DNA of 59,863 nucleotides, filler included, from Squatina squatina (Eukaryota), in the NCBI GenBank assembly GCA_031763465.1. It is 3 parts of 3 records of this genome, joined end to end, with 100 filler letters (N's around TTAATTAATTAA, not from the genome) between each part and the next. Parts side by side here need not be neighbours in the genome. Positions count along the whole stretch, not along the records: positions 21,467 to 42,040 come from JARFOE010000192.1; positions 42,141 to 59,863 come from JARFOE010000234.1; 1 more part is not named here. One strand, written 5' to 3'. Position 1 is the stretch's first letter; each line of letters opens with the position of its first letter. Below, piece after piece: positions 39,301 to 52,769 of the stretch. The notes under the pieces are model-generated. The model did no database searches. It had not been told where the DNA came from and saw only the letters and a program-made list of their open reading frames with translations. Position numbers and translations under genes: made by a program.

Positions 39301-41949
39301 TAATTCCAGATCGAAACCACAACATATAAAGAAACATTCTGGAGAGGCATACACTAATGAGTGCATAGAAACATCATTTATACTATAGCTCTGGCTTCTG
39401 ACGGTATGGAGGGATCCACATGGTTACCTTTGTGATACGGAAAACGTTCCTCAAGTAGTTTGATTTCCTAACCCACAAGCAAGCTGTAAAACAAAAAGGG
39501 TTTGCACAGAAACTGAATGTATCTTCATGCAAAGCCTTTTGTAAAAGGTCACAATTTTGAGATGATTATATATCATAAAAACTGAAAGAGGTGTTGTGAA
39601 TATCCCCTAGTGTTTGAAGCCTTGATCTCACTGATGTTTGACCGCAGGAGTGTTTGACTTACATATCATGTTTCTGATGACAACGCACCTTCTAATCCAT
39701 GCTTCATTTGCTGCATTCCAGAGAAATGATCAGAAACACACATCTAATAAATAGACCTATGGCAGGGGACAGTGGACATGGATTGTATACTCAATACTGC
39801 TCAGGGCAATACAGAGTCTACAGGCCAGTATTCTATAGCTAGTTAAAAAAATTAAATCACAAGAAAGGACGATTTTAGTTTCATTAAAGAATCATAAATG
39901 TGTTCAAAAGGAGCTGGGAAGTGTGATATGATCTACTTCACCACTTGCAGTAACTACATAGCTAGAATCTGGAAACGTTTCTCAGTCATTTGATCTTTAC
40001 CTCCTCAAGTAGTGAAATCAGTATCATACTTGTCATCGTTTATATACACTTGTAAAGTTCACTCATACAGTTCTCCCTCTGTGTGGACTGTGGCACAAGG
40101 AATGTTTCATGGAATAGTGCCACAAAGTCGTAAGCTGCATGCTAAAAAAAAGAGAAAGAAGAGCAGACATTTTTTTAATATATTTTAAAATTATGATCTT
40201 TGGGGGAGCTAAATTAGAGCCAGATGTTTGTGTTGCTTTACAAAAATTTGTTTATAATCAGCAATGATTAGCATGATGTTTCTCTTCATATTAAATCCTA
40301 TTATGGTCTTATCCATTCCGGATCCCACCCCATGTACACACACACAGCTGGAACAGCACAGCATACATCAGCATTTTANNNNNNNNNNNNNNNNNNNNNN
40401 NNNNNNNNNNNNNNNNNNNNNNNNNNNNNNNNNNNNNNNNNNNNNNNNNNNNNNNNNNNNNNNNNNNNNNNNNNNNNNCTGTTGTGAAAAATGCATGACT
40501 GGATAACTCTCAGTTAGACAAAAGTAATATCTAAACAGTCACTGGGCACACTGCAAGTCAATATGTATAATCAGGGTTGTAACACATACGTATTGCAATA
40601 ATGGCATTAAAATGATGTACAGCTCGAGTCCTATGCAGACACAATTTCTGCCAATGTTAATTGACCATTGCTTCCATCAGAATCAAAACCCCTTCAAGTC
40701 ATACATTCAATTGTCATTTCAGACGTCAANNNNNNNNNNATATTTTATAGAACATAGACATAGTGTGTTCAGGATGATAAACGTCTTCAAGTTCAGATAA
40801 CTTTTGTTAACTGCTTGAACTTGAGTTTTGTGCTTTATGACATCTGTGCTCTTGCCTTTAACACACACCTATGTACAGTACTTGGTACAATAGTATTAAT
40901 ATAGAAAATGAAGTCATTTGGTGCTGAACTTTTTTTGTTTAAATGCATTCATCATCTATTGTAAAACTTAAATGTTAATTATAAACAAACAAAAAATGGT
41001 TACTTCATTCCTATGGTGCAAAATTGCACTATTGTCTCACATTTTCCTAATAATTTTGAAATAATTAATCAGATTAGTGTTGACCCTTTGCACTCCAAGC
41101 CCTTAGCTGAAGGTAAAGCCCTCATGCCCACTTCCCGACGAAATGCATAATCACATCTTTTATTTTTATAATAACAATGACTAGTGATTGATATGGATTT
41201 CACCCTTTGCCATCTCGCAAAGCAGTTTTGCTTAAACTAATGATCAGACACATCTGCCAAGAAGCTGAGGCATCACTGTGCTCAGCACTCATCGTAAAGG
41301 AGCAGAATCGGTTATCAATAAATCTTCAGAGCATTAAATGAAAAATAAGCCCATGAAGCTGTCTGATATGGTCAGTTAGTAGACAGCAATTCCACGATCA
41401 TTAGATGCAACTGGAGCCACGGTAGAAGAGCTCATCTGACCCTCTGCCAGCTAGAAGTGTTTTTTCTTAAATGAATCTGTCCGCTATAATCGTGGACACC
41501 CTACTGCTTCAGGAGTCACCTTTGCCAGGTGCCAATTCTGATCGATCAATTCTCTTTGTTTTTGCCATTATAGCATGAGTGAGCAAAATAAAATTTAGCG
41601 AATACAACTTTCATTATACAACGTTTACTTTAAACATCATTAAAAGGACATATAGCATATATCCTTTTAATGCAACTAAAATTTGCGAATTCCAACATAA
41701 AGCATGAAAGCAGGACTAAGTGTTTCATGAGTGAAGAATGCTTGCAGCGGAGTAGTTATTATCTTAAAAAAAAAAACGCAATATCCAGTGTTATTAAACA
41801 ATGGTATATCATTTTACTGACAGGCACTTTTGTGTACAATCAATTGTAATTGTGTTGAATATATTGACTCAGTAAAGACTGGAGAATGTGATACAGAAAA
41901 TAGGATTTCCTGCACCTGCTGGGTTTTCTGGTGATGCCTTAATACCCTG

Positions 41950-41968
41950 TAACCACTAGATGGCACTC
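41950..41968 (+). promoter_or_regulatory. Candidate CTCF site
   Basis: TAACCACTAGATGGCACTC fits the CCACYAGRKGGCRS core. Confidence 0.55.
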
Positions 41969-42040
41969 GTACATTTGTTCACATTTTCTTAATCAAAATT
42001 GTTGTATGATAGCATATATCCTTTTAATGCAACTGCATAA

Positions 42041-42140
42041 NNNNNNNNNNNNNNNNNNNNNNNNNNNNNNNNNNNNNNNNNNNNTTAATTAATTAANNNN
42101 NNNNNNNNNNNNNNNNNNNNNNNNNNNNNNNNNNNNNNNN
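42041..42140. other. Artificial scaffold linker (N-TTAATTAATTAA-N)
   Basis: Six-frame stop spacer at 42085-42096. Confidence 0.95.
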
Positions 42141-43491
42141 CCGCAGTCAACAAAGAATTAACAGTTCCAAATAAAGCTCTTGGAAATAACAACCCAAAGG
42201 AAAACATCTTCTCATCAGGTTCGGGATAGGAACTTAGGAACAGGAGGAGGCCATTCAGCCCCTCAAGCCTGTTTCGCCATTCAACGAGACCATGGCCAGA
42301 TTGCCGCTAGACAAGGTGTTCTAAGTTTCTCTTTTTTTGGTGATAAGCTGAAAGTTGTCACCAATACATTGCTTGAAGTTAGGTGATGACACAATCAGCT
42401 GCATTTCATCAAGAAGGGGAGCGTGATGCCTATCTCGAGATGTTGATATGTTCTGTTTACAGGTCCAGTTACGAAGCGATAAAAATTGATGTAATAAACA
42501 TGCATGACAAATTATCTGAGACCACACAAGCAGATGTGTCACATAACACTGTATAGCATATTAATGAAACAGGAAAATTTTATGCAACAAAAAACAATCT
42601 TGTCCTTTTGTTCTTGCAGCACCAACTAGTGAATGTCTCTTTTTAAATGGAATGCCAGTAAACATCCATCGCAGAGTTTAGACCTTATTGTGTCTACTCG
42701 TTTTACAATTGAGCCTGTCTTGCTATTGAATGAATCATTTGGCCACAGCTGATGAGAAAGCTGACTGGATCTCACAGAAAGTACGCTGTATTATGTAACA
42801 GCGTAAATAAAGGGAATTAGTGAAGCATAATTTTTAAACGGCAGAGCTTTTTTTGAAAAACATCTAATGGTTTCCCGTAATTGTGTAGAATAACTGTCAT
42901 TGTTTTTTTCCAAATAAAAATAATTGAATATATAAATTTTTCCCTTCAGCTGAAGAAAGATCATTTTGTGGAATACTTGAGTCTGTTGTTATTGCTGAGA
43001 AGTAGTACGGTGATGGAATGGAATGCCAATGCAAAGGACAAAGAGCTCTTTGAGAGATGTACAAGTTGCTAGGCAATTGCTCAGTGAACACGATAAACTT
43101 CAGCTAGGCAGCGCTCTTAAAAAAAAATGCACATTCACGCACAACTCTGGACAGGTTGTATACTTACATTTTTTTTTAGGGATCCGGAAAAATTTCAGAA
43201 AATCTATTCCTAAATCTCAACCTCTATTCAAAAATGCAGTTTTCAAGGTTTTGCTTCGGTCAGTAATTTTTTTGATTTTAGTAAAGAAAACTATAGGTTA
43301 TGGAGCCATAATCTATGTATTTACAGCTCATTTCCTGATTTTTTTTTTTTTGCCTTCCAATACTTGACGTGATTGACATTTAGCCTAGTTGTAGATGAGT
43401 GTCACTTCCCTTTTACTCCCAGTAATCTTTATTTCTTTAAATCAGCAGCCATAGAGTTGCAACTGACAAATGTATCTCTTTCATTCTCCAG

Positions 43492-43550
43492 TTTTTAAGC
43501 GAGCTGTCATTCTGGTCTATAAGGAAATCTACAAACTTAAAAAGAAAACC
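43492..43550 (+). CDS. TIAM2: TIAM2-like Rac GEF, C-terminal PH domain exon
   Basis: ctccag acceptor, ACC/gtaagt donor; 59 bp; (V)FKRAVILVYKEIYKLKKKT. Confidence 0.8.
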
Positions 43551-43688
43551 GTAAGTGACATGTTTGCACTCACATCAATGCACATCCAGTACTACTTTTT
43601 TGTCATTGATCTTACCCCTGAATGTGTGTAAAAATATTTTCTAATTGTGTTTGAATGTTTGACTCCTGATACCTGTTCTCTCCTGTAG

Positions 43689-43794
43689 GGAACAGTTCCA
43701 CGTTCCGCTTACATCCATGGTGATATTGACCAGTTTAAATTCAGATGGCTGATTCCACTTTCAGCTCTTCAGGTCAAGCTGGGACATGCTGCAG
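43689..43794 (+). CDS. TIAM2: TIAM2-like Rac GEF, C-terminal PH domain exon
   Basis: ctgtag acceptor; GTVPRSAYIHGDIDQFKFRWLIPLSALQVKLGHAA; donor cut by gap. Confidence 0.8.
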
Positions 43795-44163
43795 GNNNNN
43801 NNNNNNNNNNNNNNNNNNNNNNNNNNNNNNNNNNNNNNNNNNNNNNNNNNNNNNNNNNNNNNNNNNNNNNNNNNNNNNNNNNNNNNNNNNNNNNNATAAA
43901 CTACCTCTTTGACCAAGGCTTTGGTGATAGGTCCTCATGTGGGTCGGTGGCAAATTGTGTTTTGATAATAGCTCTTGTGAGGCACCTTGGGATGATTTAC
44001 TACATTAAAGGCGCTATATAAATGCAAGTTTTTAAAAAATGCACCATATAAAAGCACTCAAAATGAATGTGTAGCAAGGTTGACTTGTTCTTTTAAAATG
44101 CTCTAAGGGGTGAAGAAGCGTGCCCTGATGAAACATATGTTTGGATTTCTGCCCTATGTATTA

Positions 44164-44385
<222 letters not shown>

Positions 44386-44404
44386 TTAATCATTAGCATA
44401 TCAG

Positions 44405-44595
44405 CATCACTAAAAAAAAGACATGATCTGGTCATTATCACATTGATGTTTGTGGGAGCTTGCTGTGCACAAATTGGCTTCTGCGTTTCCTACATTACAA
44501 CAGTGACTACACTTCAAAAGTACTTAATTGGTTGTAAAACACTTGGGACGTCCTGAGGTCGTGAAAGGTGCTATATAAGTGCAAGTCTTTCTTTT
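44405..44595 (+). mobile_element. Deu-type SINE 3' part
   Basis: Matches 46010-46120 and 19885-20065. Confidence 0.8.
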
Positions 44596-44664
44596 AGAGA
44601 AAAAAATGAATTGCTTCAAATCACTCCTCTTTTCTGCAAAGAATATCTCTTAAAGTTGTAATTA

Positions 44665-45050
44665 TCAGGAAAGACTGAACAGGCTGGGGCTTTATTCTCG
44701 AGAAAAGAGAAGGTTGATAGAGGTCTTTAGAATTATGAACGGGTTCGATAGGGTAGACATTGAGAAGATCTTTCCACTTGTGGGGGAGACCAAAACTAGG
44801 GGCTATCAATATAAGATTGTCACCAATAAATCCAATCGGGAATTCAGGAGACACCTCTTTACCCAGAGAGTGGTTAGAATGTGGAACTCGCTACCACATG
44901 GAGTAGTTGTGGCGAATAGCAGAGATGCATTTAAGGGGAAACTAGATAAGTATAAAAGGAGAAAGCAATAGAAGATTATGCTGATAGGGTGAGAGGAAGT
45001 AGGGTGGGAGGAGGCTCGTGTGGATCAGTTGGGCCGAATGCCCTGTGCAT
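44665..45050 (+). mobile_element. CR1 LINE 3' end
   Basis: IEVFRIMNGFDRVDIEKIFPLVGETKTRG..FRRHLFTQRVVRMWNSLP..FKGKLDKY. Confidence 0.88.
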
Positions 45051-45222
45051 TCAGCCGGATTAATATAGATAGCAGATGTGAGAAATTTCACAGCCTGCTC
45101 TGCTGGGATGTAGAAAGCGGTCAACAGAGAGGACTTTTATTGGGGGGCAGAAAAGGACAGCAAAAACTGAACGGTTAAATGCCTATCGAACTTTTATAAT
45201 TCATTTAAAGAAAAGTCTCTCA

Positions 45223-45621
<399 letters not shown>

Positions 45622-45749
45622 TTAGGAATGTAGGAGCTACTCGATGATAACAGGCAAGGTCCACCTAGTTCGTGCCTTCTACCATTCTGGTAGTCACATG
45701 ATACAACAAAAATGGTATCGTTGACTCATTCTACTAATCGATCGCCGTC

Positions 45750-46125
45750 AGTCAGCCGTGGCTCAGTGGGTAGCCACTCTCGCCTGAGTCAGAAGGTTGT
45801 GGGTTCAAGTCCCACACCAGAGACTTGAGCGCAAAAATCGAGGCTGATACTTCAGTGCAGTACTGAGGGAGTGCTGCACTGTTGGAGGTGCCGTCGTTCA
45901 GATGAGCAGTTAAGCCGAGGCCCCGTCTGCTCTCTCTCAGGTGGACGCAAAAGATCCTACGGCCAGAGCAGGGGGAGTTCTCCCCGGTGTCCTGACCGAT
46001 TTTTATCCCTCAATCAACATATCAAACACAGAGCATCTGGTCATTATCACATTGTTGTTTGTGGGAGCTTGCTTGCGCGCCAATTGGCTGCCGGGTTTCC
46101 TGCATTGCAACTGTGACTGCCCTTG
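45750..46125 (+). mobile_element. tRNA-derived SINE with Deu core (SacSINE1-like), near full length
   Basis: A box gtggctcagtggg, B box gggttcaagtccc, core gtactgagggagtgctgcactgttggaggtgccgtc. Confidence 0.85.
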
Positions 46126-47217
46126 AACAGTAAAAGTCTCCTGCTCCTCCCAAGCATGCCACGCCCACCACATACCATGTCTCACGTGACTCGCACAGTC
46201 CCACAGGTGACCCCACCACAGCCTGCGGAATCTGGGGACAGAGCCGGACTGGCTGGGTGGGGACGGGACACGCGGTGAATGAGACGCACCCAATCTAACC
46301 AGCGCAGGCTTCGCGCCCCATCCACCCCCACCCACAGTATGAGATCGTGTCCACGAGGAGCCGGGCAATGCAACCTGTAATGGAGGAAATTGGCGTGGGC
46401 GCAATCACTTCGCTCCTCGCGCTTCGCGTGTGGGCCACGTGGTACCCATGTCAATCCACACGTGCCCGGCGCGCCGACGCCCCAGACTCCGTTATACCAC
46501 GCGTACGCACCCGGGGAGGGAGAGAGAGAGAGCGCACACTCGACCAGAGGGCAGACACTCACATGCCCGCCAAGCGCGCAGGCGNNNNNNNNNNNNNNNN
46601 NNNNNNNNNNNNNNNNNNNNNNNNNNNNNNNNNNNNNNNNNNNNNNNNNNNNNNNNNNNNNNNNNNNNNNNNNNNNNNNNNNNNCAGAGGCAGACCCAAG
46701 TCACATTGATTTTCAATAAGTATCATTCCAAACACTATTTGTTCTGAATTACAGTTAGATCGTAAGCCTCTGCGCTATTGTAATGTGTGCACCTTTGAGC
46801 ATGCTCAAAGAGCTGGGGAGCTGTTGCAGTGTGAATGGCTTAGCTCACAGGATTCAATAAAACCTCAGTCAATTCAGTCCTGCCTCTCTACAAGGAGGCA
46901 TGCAGTTGGGTGCATGAACTGGGAGTGTTTAGTTTGTTCATTAAACCTTTGCTATTAAACCAGCTAGTTCTTTAAAACAATGTGTTGCCATGAATTCTTA
47001 ATCAAAGAACCCAAGAAGCAAATACACTACAGCAGTTATACAGAAGAGTCAGGAATTGTATGCAACACTGTTGCTGTCACTCAAGAAAGCAGATGATATA
47101 GGGCCTTCACTACACACACAACCTTGTTTTCAATAACAATTACAAATGGTGTTTTTGCCTCCCCAAAAAAGAAAATGATGAATAAAATGACTAAGCGTCT
47201 GTTGACATCTATACTTA

Positions 47218-47553
<336 letters not shown>

Positions 47554-48080
47554 TTATGATGCTATTTACATATATACAGTGAAACTGTAAAGAAGCATAA
47601 AATCATCAAGTTATCAACATGGCAGTTCAAATTGAGACTTGATTTACTCATTATCAACTATTAACGATTTTTCTATTAAAATGCAAGCTGACGTTAACTT
47701 AAAAAAAAATGAACAGTACACTGGTGCAGTAAGAGACGTTCTAGTCAGAAAGAAGGAATTTGCATTTATACCATGCCTTTCATGACCTCTGGGTATCCCA
47801 TACTGTTTTACAGTCAATGAAATATTTTGGAAGTATAGCCACTGTTGTAATGTAGTGAAACACGGCAGGCAATTTGTGCATNNNNNNNNNNNNNNNNNNN
47901 NNNNNNNNNNNNNNNNNNNNNNNNNNNNNNNNNNNNNNNNNNNNNNNNNNNNNNNNNNNNNNNNNNNNNNNNNNNNNNNNNATTTCAGATTTCCAGCATC
48001 CACAGTGTTTTGCTTTTGTATCAGAAAATTAATGATTTGGTCAATTGGAAGCTTTTAATGCAGGTGTAAAGTTGACTTAC

Positions 48081-48196
48081 CTCTCCCAGTGACTGCATAC
48101 ATTTGGATCCTCGAGATTTAATGATACCACATTGCACCAAAGACAGCATGCAAAAGTGATAATGAGGAAAGCACGGCAACTCGAACAAGGAATCAT
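48081..48196 (-). CDS. MEGF10-like first coding exon (signal peptide and EMI start); exon extends to 48214
   Basis: MIPCSSCRAFLIITFACCLWCNVVSLNLEDPNVCSHWE(S); acceptor 18 nt upstream of ATG; AG/gtaagt donor. Confidence 0.9.
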
Positions 48197-49462
48197 CCTC
48201 TCAGAAGCCAAGACCTGTTTTTGAAGAAAATGTTTCATCCATTTATTGCATAACAGAAACATCCCAAGAAACTAAACATATCGAGCAACACAAATTACTG
48301 TACAGTAGACACGGAATAGCCACAACTGAAAATCCACTGCCCTTCGATCATACCATAACTCCAGCAGCAATGTGGAGTAGGGCCACAAGTTAGATCAGGA
48401 GCTGGATACATTGGTCTAGATCTTGCTGGAGCGAGGCATCTTGCAGCGAGCCCCGTTATTTAGGCTTTTTCCCTCACCGTCAGCTCCAATTAATTTTGTG
48501 CTGTAACTTGCTGGAAGGGCGAGCTGATAAGAAGGCAACGGGGCATCTAGGACCTCAGTGAATGATGGGACCAACAGTTTATCTCCTTAACCGATGAGAA
48601 AGAAACAGAGGNNNNNNNNNNNNNNNNNNNNNNNNNNNNNNNNNNNNNNNNNNNNNNNNNNNNNNNNNNNNNNNNNNNNNNNNNNNNNNNNNNNNNNNNN
48701 NNNNNNNNNNNTGGGTACTTGCCTGAAAAGGAACATCACAACTTATGTGGAGGCTCTGAGGTTAGTCTCTGAGGATGTGCAGCAACTGAAAATTGTGACA
48801 ACCACAACTCCCATTTGCGGCAACATCAGGTAAGCTTTCTTTTCATTACAAATAACAATGAAGTTTGTAAACTGCTTCAAAGGAATGTGCAGCTGCCCTC
48901 ATCTATCAACCAGTCAGTGCCACCACCTCCACAGAAGCACGACTGCAGCTCTGTTGGCAGTGGGAGCAAGATTAGGCAGCACCCCGTATACCTGCTTCCA
49001 GAACCTGGTGGTTGGGATATCGGACACAGTCTCTCAGAGTTTTCAGGATCTGATGGCTGCCATTAGACTAGCCGTCCAGCTAGGACACATATTCAGGACC
49101 CAGTAGAATGGCGATGGCTGGAGGCTGCCATTTCTCAGAACAACAGCATATGACATGCATTCAACCTTTCCCTTAAGACTATCATACAGGAGGCAATACC
49201 AGGCTGCCAAGAACAACCTCTAGGTAAGGAGCTTGAAGTGACTCCATCCCAGGTACCATGAAAGAAAGGCTATTTTAGTCCCATTAATCTTTAATAGAAC
49301 AAAAGCACCAACCACCTCTTGCAATACTAGCCCTCAGAGCACGAAAATAGGAGAAAGGCATGTTTAATCACCCAGGGGAAACAAGGTGTAAGGAAAGAGT
49401 ATATTGGCTCCAGTTCACTTTAGGTTTTTTTGTATTAAAGGTTTTCTACTTGTGCAGAATAG

Positions 49463-50167
49463 GTCCAATTTTGCTGGAGTGGGGCACCTCACAGAGTGTG
49501 CACCGTTGGTTAGACACTTCCTGTACGCTTCAGCTCGAATCTTTTTGGTGCCGTAACTTGCTGGAAGTAAGAGTTGATACGGTGTAACAAGGGCAATGGG
49601 CCATCTAGGACCTTCATGAACGGCAAGATCAACAGCATGTCTCCTTAACCAATGAGATTTAAGGATTAAAAAAGCAGAGGAAAAACAGAGACGGAAATGG
49701 GATGAATTTGAGTCAAATCAGGTACAGAAAGAGAAATGAGAGAGAAAGATTGGATTAAGAGTGAGAGAGAAAAGAGACAGAAAGGAAAAGTAAGAAAAAT
49801 TTAAAAATCTCTAGGAACAATACGTGTAGAAATGAGACTGAACAGTTTAAACTGTTCCCTTCTTGGGCCAGAGAGGTTAATTGGCATTGCATTAACAATG
49901 ATCACGTTGTTAAAGTTATCAGCCCTAACTTTCTGTGGTGAGTTTGATCGTTATTAATGTGCAAATCCAACAAGTTCTTAAAAATAATGGGGAGGCAAAA
50001 TGTTGTTTGTGCAAAACAAACGGCAGAATGGCATAAATCGACCAGCAAGTTCTTGAGATTCACAATTCACGCCATAATCACTTCATCCCCTGAACGTGCT
50101 GGCCGATGTGTGCCAGATGATTAGTAACATCATGAACTTCAGTTATTTTTCCAGGAAGATTTGGCAC
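49463..50167. mobile_element. Non-autonomous DNA transposon (Harbinger-like); related pieces at 48413-48611 and ~25190-25600
   Basis: Imperfect inverted ends (ggtccaattttgctgga / ttccaggaagatttggca); internal text shared with 48413-48611. Confidence 0.5.
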
Positions 50168-51501
50168 ACAGTGATGGGTTTAAACTACATTTGTGCTTGT
50201 AATGACTTAAACGCGCTCAGCTATTTATAGCTACCTAAGGATCAATTATAATTCGCAGTGCTTAATCTTGTGATGATGTTGTTATGTTATATATGTATTA
50301 GTAAATGCATCTCAATGTGTGACCAATTTTGATGACCTTGTATTAAGAGTTAATCACTTCACTCAGTAGCATAGTGTGTTGCAATATGATTAGCTTGGTT
50401 TGTGCAATTGTTAATATACTTTGGACTGGATAATGTAAGACAGTTCAATATTAGGCATCCTGTAACCTGAGACATCAATGGTAAACCTACAATCCAATTC
50501 TCTGATGCATAATTGTAGGACAGAGCGTAAACAATTTGACTAATATCCTTTGGTTAATATTCCTTACATAATTTACAGATTGACCATTTCTAACATTGTT
50601 ACAATATTCACTATCTAGGGGAGGAGGGTAGAATCAAGGTCAATCTTACCTTCACCGTACATACACTTCCAGCAGGGATCATTCAGGAGTGTAGTTCTCA
50701 GGAGCAAGACCTTAGCTGGTTTCTCCCTCCCCGACCCAGAGCACCTAGAACACTTCTAGCGACCTTACCGTCAATCCGGTTGAAACCAGCACAGACCTGC
50801 AACTGAATCTGGGATCTGCCTGCTCTACACAGCTAAGAGTGACCACTCTGGGCCACATCCAAATTAATACACAGTTTTTTAAAAAAAAGAACTTGCAACA
50901 TCTAGAAGCATTGTAAGGAAGGAAGAACTTTCACACCCGCGGGATATCCCAGAGCACTTCACAGTCACGAATTACTTTTGAAGTGCAGTCACTGTTGTAT
51001 TTTAGGTGTTCCTTACATACTTAACTGAAAGGTCATCTTAATCCCACCTTNNNNNNNNNNNNNNNNNNNNNNNNNNNNNNNNNNNNNNNNNNNNNNNNNN
51101 NNNNNNNNNNNNNNNNNNNNNNNNNNNNNNNNNNNNNNNNNNNNNNNNNNAGGACTATACATTTGGAGTTTAAAATTAAAGGGAAGTTACTCTGGAAAAT
51201 TCTGAGAGAAAATGGAAGCAAACAGGCAACTCCAGACAGCTTTCTCTCAGATATACCTCAGTGTCTTGTAGTTATACCAGCCCAAACAATCCAATAGCAT
51301 TTCAAAGCACCAAACACACAAAAAGGACAAAATTGGAGTTGTACTTCACACATTTTAATCTTACAATGATCATGGCACAAAATTTAAATCAGGCCTAGCA
51401 CATTGTGCTCCACATTGGAACTTTTAAGCAGGTAAAAGGATTAGTTACAATCACCAGATTCACAACCCAATTTAATTTCCCATGTACTTTCTCAGGTGTC
51501 C

Positions 51502-51520
51502 TGCTGCCACCTTGTGTCTA
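51502..51520 (-). promoter_or_regulatory. Candidate CTCF site
   Basis: Reverse strand GACACAAGGTGGCAGCA, a weaker core match. Confidence 0.35.
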
Positions 51521-51574
51521 GATAGAGAACAGCATCTTTTACATGCATTTTGAATTACAAAGTACTCTAAAGTA

Positions 51575-52045
51575 TTGCAAAGTATCGACAGCACAAAAAC
51601 AGGCCATTCGGACCAACAGGTCTATGCCGGTGTTTATGCTCCACACCAGCCTGCTCCCACCCTACTTCATCTGACCCCATCAACATATCCTTATCTATGC
51701 CATTCACCTCAATTACTGCTTGCGGTAGTGAGTTCCACATTCTAACCACTCTGGGTAAAGAAGTTTCTCCTGAATTCCTTATTGGATTTATTAGTGACTA
51801 CCTTATACTTATGGCCCTTAGTTTTTGGCCCCTCCACAAGTACAAAGATCTTCTCTACGTTTTACCCTATCGAGCCCTTTCATAATCTTAAAGAACTCTA
51901 CCAGGCCGCTCTCAGCCTTCTCTTTCCTAAAGTAATGAGCTCCAGCCTGATCAATCTTTCCTGAGAGGTATAACCTCTTAGTTCTGCTATCATTCTAGTA
52001 ACCTTCACTGGTTACTTCTATGTCCTTTCTATAATATGGAGACCA
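51575..52045 (-). mobile_element. CR1 LINE 3' end
   Basis: Reverse complement of the 44665-45050 family (VRMWNSLPQ). Confidence 0.85.
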
Positions 52046-52084
52046 GGGATGGCCAATTGGTCTGCCCTGTGTCTGAAATGTTAG

Positions 52085-52769
52085 GGGACCAAAAACAGTG
52101 GTTTTAGCGCCTGTTTTGCGTTACCCCGCTAAATCGCGGTATTCGGGTCTTTGTGAAAAACTTTCGGGCAGCTTAAAAGCTCATGCAACATTCAGCACTA
52201 ATGGGTCCCTGATCGGTGCTAATTGAACTTCAGTGGTTTCAGCGGGCCAATTCAACAAACGATCGAAGGAGCTGCAATCATGTGTCAGGCCACCTCAGCC
52301 CTTAAAGGGGCTCGTGATTGACTCACAAGCACTGCTAAGGTCAGTCATATGAAAGCTTGTTGGTATGTGAGGAGGTATTTTCCTGTGAAGTGTTGTGTTT
52401 GCAACACTTAACTGATGGAAGCTGTGGAGTCCATTAGGTCGAGAGCCCCAAAGTTCAGCGACCCAGCCCTTCAAACTCTGGTGGCTGCTGTGGAGAGGGG
52501 GCTGACAGGCTCTTCCCCCCTGCAGGAAGAAGGAGCATGGCCAGAATGATCCAGCGTGCCTGGACGGAGGTTGCAACGTAGGTTTCGGCCTCCGATATGG
52601 CACAGAGGACTGGGACTCAGTGCCCATGACATGAAGTTGCAAGTTGAAAGTGAAGGGTAGGCCTTAATGCACTTGTCCTTGTAGATGCAGGCTAAACTCA
52701 TGGCCATCAGGGCACAGCAACATGGTGGAGGAGCTGAGGAGGGAGACGTCATTGAATTATCAGACCTGG
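52085..52769 (+). mobile_element. Harbinger-type element, Myb/SANT-like ORF relic
   Basis: From ~52440: RAPKFSDPALQTLVAAVERG...AWTEVAT...RTGTQC, with frameshifts. Confidence 0.6.

Noticed and set aside
21366-42141. MTOR-ADCY1-TIAM2 linkage
   Set aside because: The pieces are separated by artificial linkers
42600-43075. Acceptor-like sites upstream of the TIAM2-like exons
   Set aside because: Frames stop early or show no recognisable TIAM DH/PH similarity, and there are no matching donors
45750-45830. tRNA gene
   Set aside because: A and B boxes run straight into the SINE core; it is a SINE head, not a tRNA
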